From Octopus vulgaris (Eukaryota): a stretch of DNA of 64,000 nt. Below the pieces are notes generated by a model. The model was not told the DNA's origin. It saw only the letters and a program-made list of their open reading frames with translations, and did no database searches. The position numbers were made by a program, and so were the translations under genes. The stretch covers positions 372,001-436,000 of the forward strand of contig OX597834.1 of NCBI GenBank assembly GCA_951406725.2, written 5' to 3'. Numbering within the stretch: position 1 is the first letter of the stretch; the number at the start of each line of letters is the position of its first letter. Shown piece after piece: positions 12,915 through 26,340 of this stretch.

Positions 12915-14808
12915 AATATTTAATGATCTTGGTTTTTGTTTAGAATGTTATTTGTGGGAGATTTGGCTGCTATTTCCAGCAGGTTGTTTAACCTGTTAGA
13001 AATAGCAACTGAACAAGTGTTTCCTGATTTAAAGATGATGAAATACTGTACAGTGACCTTCATGCCTTTCTCCTAGTCAAGAATAAAAGATGTGATGTAG
13101 AACAGCCTCAAGCTGAGTTAGTCTCCTTTTCTGAAAAGGTGAAATTCTGGTTCTCCACCAATCAATACATTTACAGCCAACAAAGGAGATGCAACCTGCT
13201 AGAAGTAGCAGCTAAATTTCCTTTCTATTGCACTTTTTCAACTATAAGACATTTAGTCATTCACTGACTGATGAGACTCAATAAGAATGGAATTTGTCAT
13301 GGAACTGATGAAAATCCAACTTACCCCTCCCCATCCGGCAGTCTATAATTAATGTTAATTTCAATTTCAGGCTTATCTGCCTTGTCTAATTAGAATTACT
13401 AATTGAATTAATGCTTATTTTTCTTTCATCACATGTGTAATTTTAATTCATTTTGGATCTTCATGCAAAAGGCATCCCTAGATAGTACCCCACCTCCACC
13501 CACCCGGCCAGCAGTGTCTAGTAAGTTATTCAGAACTAGAAAGTTCTCATTTCAGAAGTTTGCTGTTAGAATTATCTGAAACCGTTCTCTATGATAAGGA
13601 CATTGCCACAGATGGATAATTCAACAATTAGGCTGTCGAATTAATGCTGGTCTTTTTTGTTTTAATCCAGGAGCATCACAGGATGAAGAATGGAAAAACT
13701 TCGAAGGAGAAAGATGACACTTGGAACCTGGTTCAGGATTGCAGAAACTGAGGTTGGGGGGGGGGGGGGGAAGAAAGGAGTGACTTAACTGCTGCCCTTT
13801 AAATGTTTGTATTTGACTGAACTCGGCTAAAAGCAGACAAGGCTCAAGGAGAGAGAGAGTGTGTGTGTGTGTGTGTGAATGTGAGTGTGAGTGTGCGTGT
13901 GCATGTGATGGGGGCGACTGTTAATCTCGGTAACAGATTAAGCCTGCTACGTATTTAATTTGAATAAAACTTCGTCAGACTCATCCAAGGATATTTTCTA
14001 TATCAAAGACATGCTATCTCCTGGTAATTGACTATTGATTAAACAAAATCAATGCCACATTCAGACAAAAAGAAAACACAAAGAAACATTATACGAAGGA
14101 TAAAAGGTTGTTTGTTGGTGTTGCTGTTGTTGTTGTTGTAAAGGCCCAACTCTGGATAAATTTGTGTGATTTATATTTGGATTTTGCCCTGGATCGGGAT
14201 TCTATTGCTGGACAGATGCCCCAGGATTTGGTTGAATAATTAGTACTTATTTTATCGAACACTATTTGTCAAACTGCTAGGTCACAGGACATAAAGGGAT
14301 ATGACATAAACAACACTAGCTTTTAGACCAGTGTAAACACAAGTCATCAGCATCGTTTTACTTCTACATTCCATGCTAGTATGGGTTAGATGTCTCATCT
14401 CATTCCAAGTTAATCGTTATTGGGGTTACTGCCCTTGTAAGTGGGGTTGGAGGGGACCATATCTTGCTTGAAGAGCTTCTACCAATGAACTTTAACTCAC
14501 AACATACAGCATAGACTGAAACTAGATTCTCTGGTCAAGTATTGACCAGAACGTCGTGCAGTGGGATTGAACCTGGAATCTCTATAGTGAAATTTGATCA
14601 AACTATACTATGTGTGTATGGTGACAAAAATGAGGAGTAGCTGCATTTCGAAAGGCCAACCTTATCCCATTCTGTGTTATGTTGAATTTACCCAGAACTA
14701 CATTAAGAGTACGTGTGTCTGTGGAGCGCTTAGCTATTTGCATATTAGTTTCAAGAGCAGCTTGTTCCATTGATCAGATTAACTGGAGCACTTGTTGTAT
14801 CAGAGTGC

Positions 14809-14842
<34 letters not shown>

Positions 14843-15254
14843 AATAAGATTTGGCTAAAAACCTTGTAAAATGCTATGCAAAGTTTATCAACAGTTGTAG
14901 GCCACCAGATGTCATCATAGAGAGGAAATGCTTTTGTTACGGGATATGCATAGGGAATACTATAGTATCCATAGAGTTTATGTAAATAGACAAATAATAG
15001 AAAACAGATTGAACAAAATTATTTGAATTCCCTACAGTTGTTTTGAGACATGTTTGCACTCATAGTAAATTAGTGAGATGATATAATCACCATATTATGT
15101 AATTGTTGTTGTCCTTCAAAGGTGTAAGATTCATTTCATAACACCATTGATGGCTGAAAGAGATTACAAAATATCTTAATTATATTCTGTCATCAACGCA
15201 CTAATGAGTGTTATGATGCGGGGAAACAATTGCTCTAATTCTAAACAATTTTGC

Positions 15255-15319
15255 TCTCTCCATTCTTTCTCTCTCTCTCTCTCCATTTTCTTTCTCCTTC
15301 TCTCCCCTCTCTCTCTCTT

Positions 15320-15351
<32 letters not shown>

Positions 15352-15591
15352 CCCATTTTCTCTCTCCTTCTCTCTCTCTCTTCCTCTTCCTCTCTCTCTC
15401 CCTCTTTCTCTCTCTCCTCTCTCTCTTTCTCTCTCTCTCTTTCTCTCTCTCTCTTTCTCTCTCTCTCTTTTCTCTCTCTCTTTCTCTCTCTCTCTCCATT
15501 CTCTCTCTCTCTCTCCCCATTTTCTCTCTCCTTCTCTCTCTCTCTTTCTCTCTCTCTCTCCATTCTCTCTCTCTCTCCCCATTTTCTCTCT

Positions 15592-15670
<79 letters not shown>
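15255..15670. repeat. (CT)n polypyrimidine microsatellite
   Basis: Directly visible; source of the ER/SL-repeat ORFs. Confidence 0.97.
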
Positions 15671-15672
<2 letters not shown>

Positions 15673-15805
15673 GTTTATCTATATAACCAAATGGTTCTGG
15701 GTTTAGTTCCATTGTGTGGCACATTGGACAAGTATTTTCTACTATAGTCTCGGGCTTGTGCGTGGATTTGGTAGACGGAAACCAAAAGAATATATATATA
15801 TGTAT

Positions 15806-15995
15806 ATAGGGGGAGTTTACGAAAAACACAAAAGACGAAGACAGGTGGTGTACGAAACAAACAGATGTATTAGTATAATGCTCAGGAATAGAAAAAGTCT
15901 TTTATGTTTCGAGCCTACGATCTTCTATAGAAAGGGACACAGAAAAAACAAGGAGAGAAAAAAATTTGTGTAGTGGCTAACGATCTATCATGGCG
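15806..15995 (-). mobile_element. Penelope-type terminal repeat fragment with degenerate hammerhead motif (15899-15934)
   Basis: Minus strand reads CTTT-CTATAGA-A-GATC-gtag-GCTC-GAAA-CAT-A-AAAG. It is homologous to plus-strand 41180-41287, and both 3' ends abut (TA)n. Confidence 0.6.
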
Positions 15996-16014
15996 CTGAC
16001 CATGTATATATATA

Positions 16015-16409
16015 CTAGCAGTATCGCCCGGCGTTGCTCGGGTTTGTAAGGGAAATAACTATATAAGCATTTTTAGAGAGTTATAGCCAAAAAATAGCAA
16101 AAAAATGCATTAAAAATGGAAAAAAAATTATGGTAAATCTTTTTTAAATCGTTGACTCATTGTAGACATTTTCAGAGAGTTACTTCCCTTATATAATAGC
16201 GAACAAAATGCATTAAAATGGAAAAAAATGATGGTAAATTTTTTTTTAAATCGTAGACTCATCGTAGATGTGCGCTAATACCCAGAAGGGCTCGATATGA
16301 ATCACGACTATAAGATACCTAGTTTTGGTTAAACTGCACCGCAAAATGTGGGAGTAGTTAGGAATCTAAATCGTAGGAGACAGACACACAACCTCACTTT
16401 TATATATAA

Positions 16410-16412
<3 letters not shown>
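16015..16412 (-). mobile_element. Non-autonomous Helitron (398 bp)
   Basis: Minus strand starts A|TCTTTATATATAAAAGTG and ends with hairpin CCCG-AGCAACGC-CGGG then CTAG|T. It has an internal ~130-bp tandem duplication and no TSD. Confidence 0.85.
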
Positions 16413-16475
<63 letters not shown>

Positions 16476-16739
16476 GTGTGTGTATGTGTCTGTGTTTGTC
16501 CCACCCCCACTGCTTGACAACTGGTGTTGGTGTGTTTATGTCCCCATGACTTAGTGGTTTGGCAAAAGATACCAATAAAATAAATACCAGGCTTAAAAAA
16601 CAAATACTGAGGTCGATCTATTTGACTAAAAATTCAAGGCAGTGCCCCAGCATGGACAAATAAAAGAATAAAAGAATAAAGGAACACACACACATATATA
16701 CATATATATATAATGTGTATTCCGTTAGGGTTAAGGTTA

Positions 16740-17148
16740 GGCACAGGAGTGGCTGTGTGGTAAGTAGCTTGCTTACCAGCCACATGGTCCTGGGTTCAGT
16801 CCCACTGCATGGCACTTTGGGTGTCTTCTACTATAGCCTCAGGCCGATTAAAGCCTTGTGAGTGGATTTGGTAGATAGAAACTGAAAGAAGCCCGTCGTA
16901 TATATATGTGTATGTGTGTGTGTATGTGTGTATATATGTTTGTGTGTCTGTGTTTGTTGCCCCACCACTGCTCGACAACTGATGCTGGTGTGCTTATATC
17001 CCCATAACTTAGTGGTTCAGCAAAAGACACTGATAGAATAAGTACTGGGCTTACAAAGAATAAGCTCTGGTGTTGATTTGCTCAAATAAAGGCGGTGCTC
17101 CAGCAAGGCCGCAGTCAAATGACTGAAACAAGTAAAAGAGTAAAAGAA
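16740..17148 (+). mobile_element. Full-length tRNA-derived SINE (CORE-like) with internal (TG)n and GTAAAAGA tail
   Basis: A box TGGCTGTGTGG and B box GGTTCAGTCCC. Near-identical copies at 17392-17743 and 44899-45305; partial copies at about 11385, 15690, 16470, 26360, 29968, 43305 and 46380. Confidence 0.9.
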
Positions 17149-17391
17149 AAAGGAATGTAGCAGAGTATGAAATGAGGCAGGTGGATGTATTAGCATCAAA
17201 GACGAAGCTTTTGTAATTAATGGGGACAGCAGTTGTATATCCCCTGAAGAAATACAGCTGGAACCCAATTGGACAGGTAAACTGTTGCATAATTGAAATC
17301 CTGTAGGTATATGAAGATCTATGTTGCATCAAAACATGTGTATTAAATAACTGTCTAACTGTATTCCTTCTTGTTGACACTGTATCTTATT

Positions 17392-17743
17392 TCAGTCCCA
17401 CTGCGTGGCATCTTGGGCAAAAGTCTTCTGCTATAGCCCCGGGCCGACCAATGCCTTGTGAGTGGATTTGGTAGACAGAAACTGAAAGAAGCCTGTCGTA
17501 TATATGTATATATATATGTATGTGTATGTATATGTTTGTGTGTCTGTGTTTGTCCCTCTAGCATTGCTTGACAACTGATGCTGGTGTGTTTACGTCCCTG
17601 TCACTTAGCGGTTCGGCAAAAGAGACCGATAGAATAAGTACTGGGCTTACAAAGAATAAGTCCCGGGGTCGATTTGCTCGACTAAAGGCGGTGCTCCAGC
17701 ATGGCCGCAGTCAAATGACTGAAACAAGTAAAAGAGTAAAAGA
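17392..17743 (+). mobile_element. 5'-truncated copy of the same SINE
   Basis: Aligns by eye with 16795-17148. Confidence 0.9.
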
Positions 17744-17799
17744 ATATATATACACATGTATATATACACACACATATATATACATATATATACATACAC

Positions 17800-17853
<54 letters not shown>

Positions 17854-18046
17854 GTATATGTATATATATATACACATACATATATATATACACACATACA
17901 CACACACACACACACATATATATGTATATATACATATGCACATGTATATATATATATATATACTTCTACTACTAGATGTGTTGAATGCTTCTTTCTTTTG
18001 TCTGTCCACTTATCTCTGTATATGTCTGTGTGTGTGCATGTATGTA

Positions 18047-19502
18047 GGGAGAGGGTCATCATGCAACTAATTAGGACAAGAGTTAGTCTAGATGAGATGC
18101 AGTTTGGTTTTGTGCCAAGGAGACGCACCACTGATGCTACATTTCTGGTAAGGAAGTACCAGGGATGCCATCAGTAAGGTGAGGGTTGGCAATGAGTATA
18201 GTGAAGAATTCCGGGTATTAGTAGAGGTTCACTAAGGATCAGTCCTCAGCTCCCTCTTGTTCATCATAATCCTCCAAGCAATAACAGAGGAATTCAAGAC
18301 AGGATGCCCCTGGGAGCTCCTCTATGCTGATGACCTTGTTCTCATAGCTGAATCACTTCCAGAACTAGAGAAGAAATTTCAGGTGTGGAAGCAAGGTCTA
18401 AAATCAAAGGGCCTTAAAGTTAATCTAGCAAAAGCCAAAATCTTAGTAAAGTAGGAAAGCAAACAAATCACAAATGCCCTCAAGCAGATGGTCCTGTTCA
18501 GTCTGTAGAAAAGGTGTAGGTAGAAACACCATAAAATGTTTCCAGTGTAAGCTATGGACACATTAGAGGTGCAACAATATCAAAGGAAGGTTAACAGGAA
18601 AAATAGTTTTTGTGTGTGAAAAGTGCACAGGTATAATAAACACTGAAAATGTACAGATAATAGACTCCATCCTAGCAGTAGTTGATAGCTTCCATTATGT
18701 AGGTGACCAAGTTATTAGGGGAGGTGGATGCTCCAGGAAGGTAGCTGTAAGAATAAGAATTGGATGGGAAAAGTTGAGAGAGCTTCTACCTCTAATGGTA
18801 ACAAAGTGCCTTTGCCTCAAAGTGAAAGGCAGACTGTATGATACCTGTGTGTGGGACAGCTATGGCATTGAAACATAGGCTGTGATTGCCAAACTGGAAA
18901 CAAATGAAGGTAGTATACTTCACTGGGCAAAAGATGCATCAGATTTGGTGTGCAAGAAAGATGACTGTGTTGGTATTGTCATGTGATGCATTTGGACGAG
19001 GACAGCTGTATAAAAATGTGCTGATCTCTAACTGTGGAGAGGACCTGTGGAAGAGGCAGACCCAGGAAGACAGGGGACGAAGTGGTGAAGCATGATCTTT
19101 GAACTTTGGGCCTCATGGAAGTGAAAGCAAGTGACTGAGATTTCTGGCAATATGCTGTGCAAGAGAAGACTCATCAGAGCAAATGAAATCATAGTTGTGG
19201 CCATGCTGGAGTTATGTAAATGGCAGCCATGCATCGTAGGTCATGGTTGTGGTTGTAACCAGTGGCATCGATCAATGATTCATAATCACAGTCGTTGCTG
19301 GGGTCATGTAAATGGCACCTGTGCCGGTGGCATGTGGAAACACCCATTACACTCCTGGAGTGGTTGGCATTAGGAAGAGCATCCAGCTGTAGAAACCATG
19401 ACAAATCAGACTGGAGCCTGACGCAGCTCTCTGGCTCATCACCTCCAGTCAAACTGTCAAATCCATGACAGCACAGAGACGTTAAATGATGATGATGCTG
19501 AT
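18047..19502 (+). mobile_element. RTE LINE, 5'-truncated, internally deleted, with (GAT)n tail
   Basis: [36 protein letters not shown] and KVKGRLYD motifs; ends GTTAAATGATGATGATG. Confidence 0.92.
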
Positions 19503-19605
19503 AAATATATATATGTATATATACATATATAAATACATGAATATATGTATTTATGTATGTATGTATGTATGTATGTATGTAGGTATGTATGTATGTACAC
19601 ACATA

Positions 19606-20849
19606 CAGGGTGCGATGGGTAAATTGTCACCATTTTATATTTTTAATTTCGTGTATGCGCATTGTTTGTTTTTGATTTTGTCGACTACACAGTATAGTAG
19701 GGTCAGTTGGGCACTATCTGTGAGAAAAAACAGCCCTATGACACAATTCATTCTGCCAGGAATTTGGAAACGACATGCTGTACTGCTCAGCATTTGCACC
19801 AGAAGTTCCAATATGAACATTTCAGAGTGTTTGGGTGTCAATCTGAGGACAGTGCAGAGGATTTAGAAAGAGTTGGATGAGTCTATTAGTGATTATGAAG
19901 GTAGAGCAGCTCAGAAAATTGTCACTGAAAAGAAAAAAAAAGCTCCTGAATTTATCGGTGAGATCCAGGCCATGATTGATAGTGATCCCTCACAGCCAAT
20001 TAGGTCTATCACCAGGGACATGGGAATGTCTGAATTTCTTATCAGGCAGGTAATGCATGAAGACATTCGGTATTCCTCATACAAGATGAGAAAGGGCCAG
20101 TTTTTATCCCCAGCCATCAAGGACAAGAGGAAAGACTGTGCTACGAAGCTTTTGAACAAACTCAAGCATCCCCTCCAACTGAACATGCTTTGGTTTTTCT
20201 CAGACGAGAGAAATTTCTGCCAGGATCAGATGGTGAACACACAGAACAACCGTTTGATTGCCATGTCCCCAAAACATGTACCATGAGTGATAAAAATCAA
20301 ACATCCAGACAACATCTTGGAGTTTAGAGTGATCACTAGTTATACCTCCATTCATCTCAGACTCAACACAAAGGCCGCCATCAAGTGCCTGGAGGAGGTA
20401 GTGCTGCCCTGGGTCAAGTGGATGGCTGCTGGAAGACCCTATATCTGGCAACAGGACTCTGCACCATGCCACACAAGCAGGAGAACCCAGTCATGGCGGT
20501 CAGAAAATTTCTGTGACCACATCACCCCCCTAACATCTGGCCATCTAACTACCCAGACTGCAAAAGCCTTGATTATTATATGTAGGGTGCAGTTGAGTGA
20601 GAGACTAAAGATGAAGTGAAGGCAAGGATTTTGGCAGTATTCAGCAACTTAAATATTCACAAACTCCAGAAGAGTTGCAGGAGATTCCAAAGTCGTCTGG
20701 TTGAAGCCAATGGCAATTTTATTGAATAAATTTACTCTTTACTACTTCAAGATATTTCAAAGTCATTTTGGTAAATATATCTGTTAAAATGAGATGTCAA
20801 TATTATTTTCATTTTTGCATAATTTAGATGATAATTTATTCACTGCACA

Positions 20850-20852
<3 letters not shown>
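19606..20852 (+). mobile_element. Tc1/mariner transposon, maT (about DD37D) type, both TIRs present, transposase disrupted
   Basis: TA|CAGGGTGCGATGGGTAAATTGTCA ... TGATAATTTATTCACTGCACACTG|TA. Motifs FFSDERNF, WQQDSAPCH and WPSNYPDCKSLDY; D2-D3 spacing is about 37 after correcting a poly-C frameshift. Confidence 0.88.
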
Positions 20853-21430
<578 letters not shown>

Positions 21431-21473
21431 TAATATTGTGCAGATTTTATGTGAAGTCGTGTGTTGAAACAGA

Positions 21474-21841
21474 TATTGTTATATTTCGGAATGGTCATAT
21501 TGCCAGTTTAGCCAATAAAAACACACGCACTATATATTTGGTGTTATTTTGCTTCAGTGATATTTATTTACATTAATCTTAATCTTATTTGTTTTCGTCA
21601 CTCTGTGAGATCAGTGGTCCTTGTTTTCTTCTACTTACTTGTGTTCTCCTTACTAACCATGGCTGACGGTTAGTAAGGAGAGACACAAGTAAGTGAGAAG
21701 AAAACAAAGGACACTGATGCGGTCACACAAAGAACTTTGGCAAATAAGATTAAGATTAATGTAAAAATAAATATCACTGAAGCAAAATAACACCAAATAT
21801 ATAGTTTGGCGGAATATGACCATTCGAAATATAACAATATA
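21474..21841. repeat. Long foldback (arms about 180 bp, 9-nt loop) between (TA)n tracts
   Basis: ...CTCCTTACTAACC-atggctgac-GGTTAGTAAGGAG...; arms remain complementary out to ATATTGTTATATTTCG/CGAAATATAACAATAT. A third partial copy lies at 21889-21936. Confidence 0.9.
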
Positions 21842-21944
21842 TATATATGTATTTATATATATATATACATGCATACATATATATATATATATTGTTATAT
21901 TTCGGAATGATCATATTGCCAGTTTAGCCAATAAATATTTAAAC

Positions 21945-22002
<58 letters not shown>

Positions 22003-22418
22003 CATGTATATATCTGTGTGTGTGTGTGTAAGTGTTTCTGTGGGGTAATATGTTGTAATGTAATTGTGATATTGAAGCTGCACAACCCATCACCACTTTC
22101 AATGATTCATTGAAATACTTCAGCTACAAAGCTGACTACAATATCAATTGTCAGTTATGGTGTTGATGATATCATATCAATATTTATGTCAATTGATATT
22201 GATCACCTGGGGGTAGGTGTAAACATTGGTACAACCCTTTTTTTCTTAGGATTGATTTATAAAGGTTGGTGGTGATGTTGATGAGAAATATGGGGTAGCA
22301 TAGCAGAATATTTAGCAATGTTGACAGGGAAAACCTTTGAAACACTTTTATATATGTATACATACATACATACATACACACACATACACGCGCACACACA
22401 TACACACACATACACACA

Positions 22419-23033
22419 CAGAGGCATGCAGAAGTAGATAGATACCTTTAATTTTCAAAATTTCTGATCTAAGCACCTTAATATGTTTTGAGCAGTGTAG
22501 AATTTACGATGTAATTATTCTTTTCCATTCCAGGTGCCATTATATTAAACACTTGTGAAGAGTAACCATGCCACACACAAAAAATTCAGCAGAACTGTCA
22601 GATTTTCAAAGAGGTCGTATTGTTGGGCAATCTGAGGCTGGTCTAAGCCAGCAGATAATTGCCATAAATCTTCAAATTCCTCTTGCTACTCTTAATAGAA
22701 TTATAGTGCAATTCAAAAGCCAAGGAAAAGAATCAACAGATTCATTCTCGTCCCGGCCGACCTGGGCCCTTGAAAGGAAGCTTTGTTGTTTGAAGAGAAT
22801 TGTGGAAAACGAACCCTGTTCGAAGGTTTCTGACATTGCAAAACAGCTAGTGGTTAGTCCAAGAACGTGTGTTCATATCTGCATAAGCTTGGGTATTATG
22901 GACAAGCAACTAGAAGAAAACCTCTCCTTCAACCAATTAATATCATGAAAAGAAAGAAATGGGCAAAGAAGATGTCAGAAAAATCCAGGTTATTTTGGAT
23001 AGAGTGATTTTCTCAGATGAATCCAGATTTGCA
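22419..23033 (+). mobile_element. Tc1-like transposon 5' half, truncated just after the first catalytic Asp
   Basis: TIR-like CAGAGGCATGCAGAAGTA; [15 protein letters not shown] (paired-like HTH); after a frameshift RKPLL...WDRVIFSDESRFA, then an abrupt junction. Confidence 0.88.
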
Positions 23034-23159
23034 TATGTTTTGAGCTTTATAGAAAAACTTATTCTTACATCAATGCATAATTGACATAATAGATAGTTCA
23101 AAAGCCCTTTTTCTCAAACCTTTTATAATGTGATACAAGTCTTTGGTGTAGCAATTGCA

Positions 23160-23254
23160 TGCGGCTGAACAGGGCTTTTGAACTATCTGTTATGTCGATT
23201 ATGCATTGATGTAAGAATAAGTTGTTCTATAAAGCTCGAAACATATGTACCGCA
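23160..23254 (+). ncRNA. Type I hammerhead ribozyme motif (G8C variant, long stem II, palindromic stem III)
   Basis: TGCGG-CTGAACA-GGGCTTTTGAAC...GTTCTATAAAGCTC-GAAA-CATATGT-A-CCGCA. Stem I is TGCGG/CCGCA and the GUA site ends at 23249. Confidence 0.75.
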
Positions 23255-23292
23255 ACATCCTCTGTATCCTATTTTTTCATTTATTTCATTTG

Positions 23293-23708
<416 letters not shown>

Positions 23709-25771
23709 GGATTAAAAAATGATAAAACAATAACAATCAAAGAGGCTGCTAAAGGGAGTGTAGTTGTCTTAATGGACATGACATTTTACATAACTTTAGT
23801 ACTATCTATGTCGGAAGACACAACATATTATGAAAAGGCACAAAACTACAGTCAGCAAAAAATAATGAGAGAACTAAAATCCATGTTAAACCTATACAAA
23901 GAAGGGCTCACTGACAAAGAATATGATTATATGACCAATTTCAAAAGTAAAACCAGCCAATTCTACGGTATTCCCAAGATACACAAAAGTGAGAAAATAA
24001 GTAACACATGCAAGATAGCCACAGACAAAATAATTAAAGTCCCTAATCCTAATGACCTCAAATTGAGACCCATAATAGCAGGTCCCGCATGCGAAACCCA
24101 CCGCCTCAGTAACTTTTTAGATACCCTCTTAAAACCATTCCTCAAACATGTCAAAAGCTATATAGGGGACGACCTGGATATGCTCAATCACCTGCCTAAA
24201 ACAATAAACAAAAACACCCTACTAGTATCCTTCGATGTAGTCAACCTCTATTCCAATATCCCCCACAACCTAGGAATAGAGGCATTCAATTCTTGCTAGA
24301 GAATTACGCCAACGAACTCCCACATCGCATCAAAAAGGAATTCGTGATAGAAGGGGTTAAATTGATCCTGGAAAATAACTACTTCGCATTCAAAGACAAC
24401 TTCTACCGACAAAAATCGGGGACTGCCATGGGTATGTGAATGGCCCCCTCCTTTGCCAACCTAGTCATGGGATATCTAGAAATCAGTCTGTATCGTAAGG
24501 TTCTAGAAAGATATGGCAGCCCTTTCTCCCTCTACATAGAAAACAACTGGAAGAGATACCTGTTTCATTCTTTGGCATGAAAATATAGAGAAACTCAAAG
24601 AATTCCAAGCAATTTTAAACGAACTGGACGTAAACATCCAATTCACGATGGAATATAGCCAGCAACAACTCCCCTTCCTCAATATCCTCATTAAGAAAGC
24701 TAATAATGTAATAATGTAATAAAAACAGACATATATTATAAGCCTACAGATTCTAAGCAATATCTTCCATTCAATTCATGCCACCCCAGACACACCAGGA
24801 TGAATATCCCCTTCAATCTAGCAAAAAGGATATGTACTATAGTTTCTAATGCAAACACCAGACACACACGACTACATGAACTAAAAGATACCCTCATTAC
24901 CAGGAACTACCCACCTTCACTAATTGACATATGCATTCAACACCCAGGAACTCAGACATCCCAAATTAAAGAAAAATTTACAACCAAAAGCCTTACCATA
25001 CATCTCCACACACAACCCTCTCAACGATGAAGCCTTTGACACCATCCTCCAAAACATACCCTTGCTAAAAAAGGACCACAGAATGAACTTAATCCCCCAA
25101 ACACACACCATCATAAAAAGCAAGAGACAGCCCAAATCTATGAAAAGTCTCCTAACACAAGCCCGAATACACTCTTCAACACAGAAGCCGACAGTAAAAA
25201 AATGTGGAAGACCCAATTGTGGGATATACGATTATCTAATTGAGGGATCAGAGTTCTTCAAACAGGGACAACTTTTCACAGTGAAAAGTAACTTCACATG
25301 TGCTTTGGAGAACCTGATATACACATTAACCTGCTCTGGGTGTCAAGAGCAATACATAGGCCAAACAAAAAATAGTTTACGTTAAAGAATGGCCCTGCAC
25401 AGATCCCAGATAAAAATTTCCCGAAACAGAAAAATAGCATTCAGCCAACACATAGACATTTGCGCCAACAACAAAATTCCAAGCTTCAGGATTTTTCCCC
25501 TCTACCAATTCAGGGACGATACAACCTGGAGCCAGCGAATTAGTAAAGAAACTCTCTTTATTACAAAATACAGGCCCTTTCTGAATGCGTCTACGACAAA
25601 CGACAAAACCACCTCAGCCTTAGAATAACACAAATACACACGCAAATATTACATTCCTCAGAATCCATTAAAAATCAGCCCCAATCACTGCTATAATCCA
25701 TAATGTGCCAGCTTTAAGTCATTCAACACCTCACTACTTTCACTCATTCATATTCTCCCTTCTCTTTCTTC

Positions 25772-25813
<42 letters not shown>

Positions 25814-26340
25814 TTCTTCTTCTTCTTCTTCTTCTTCTTCTTCTTCTTCTTCTTCTCCCCCTTCTTCTTCCTTCTCCTTCCTAACTTTATCACTAATGCT
25901 TTTTAGCATAACACCTATGCAAATTCTACAAACAAAACTTTCAATAGAAATATTTTCATGAATTGAACAGCAACTGCTAGCCTCCACTGACCATTCAAAA
26001 TACTACAATCATGGCACTCCCAAATTCTTCGCCTTCGTCCTCCCCTTCTCCTCCTCCTCCTCCTCCTCCTTCTTCCCTACCAAGAATTCACAGTGACCTG
26101 GAACCCACAAGAGTAAACAAGAGAGACAGAGAAAGGCAGAAACAAGGAAAATGCCACATATATTTGAACACTATACAAATATTCTTTAAAAAATACTTTT
26201 CTTTTAATTTTTCTAAATTTAATTATTTAATTGTTACAGTTGAAAAAATCTCAATGACTGAAACCAGTACTGAAATGTTCTTTATAAAATTATTTTAGCA
26301 TTTTCTATCTTGACTTGTTTTTTCATATATATTAACTCGT
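23709..26340 (+). mobile_element. Penelope-like retroelement (Neptune type: RT, Cys-rich linker, C-terminal GIY-YIG), 5'-truncated and frameshifted
   Basis: [70 protein letters not shown] and NLIYTLTCSGCQEQYIGQT motifs. The reading frame ends at 25628; the 3' UTR boundary is approximate. Confidence 0.93.
26234..26275 (+). ncRNA. Degenerate hammerhead motif in the Penelope 3' region
   Basis: TTACAG-TTGAAAA-AATC-tcaat-GACT-GAAA-CCAGT-A-CTGAAA. About five substitutions from a canonical minimal motif, and located where PLE hammerheads are expected. Confidence 0.45.

Noticed and set aside
13670-13752. Exon-like segment after TTTTAATCCAG (similar cases at about 17180-17276, 26818 and 52405)
   Set aside because: Short frames, weak or missing splice signals and no recognisable homology.
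15176-15829. ER/SL-rich ORFs (also 51403-51805), poly-Arg protamine-like ORF 52723-52932 and acidic ORF 25748-25987
   Set aside because: Pure (CT/GA)n, (CTT)n and (CAT)n repeats.
24436-24441. In-frame TGA in the Penelope RT as possible selenocysteine
   Set aside because: It sits where Arg (CGA) is expected in GTAMGTRMAP, so CpG decay is the simpler explanation. The copy also has several frameshifts.
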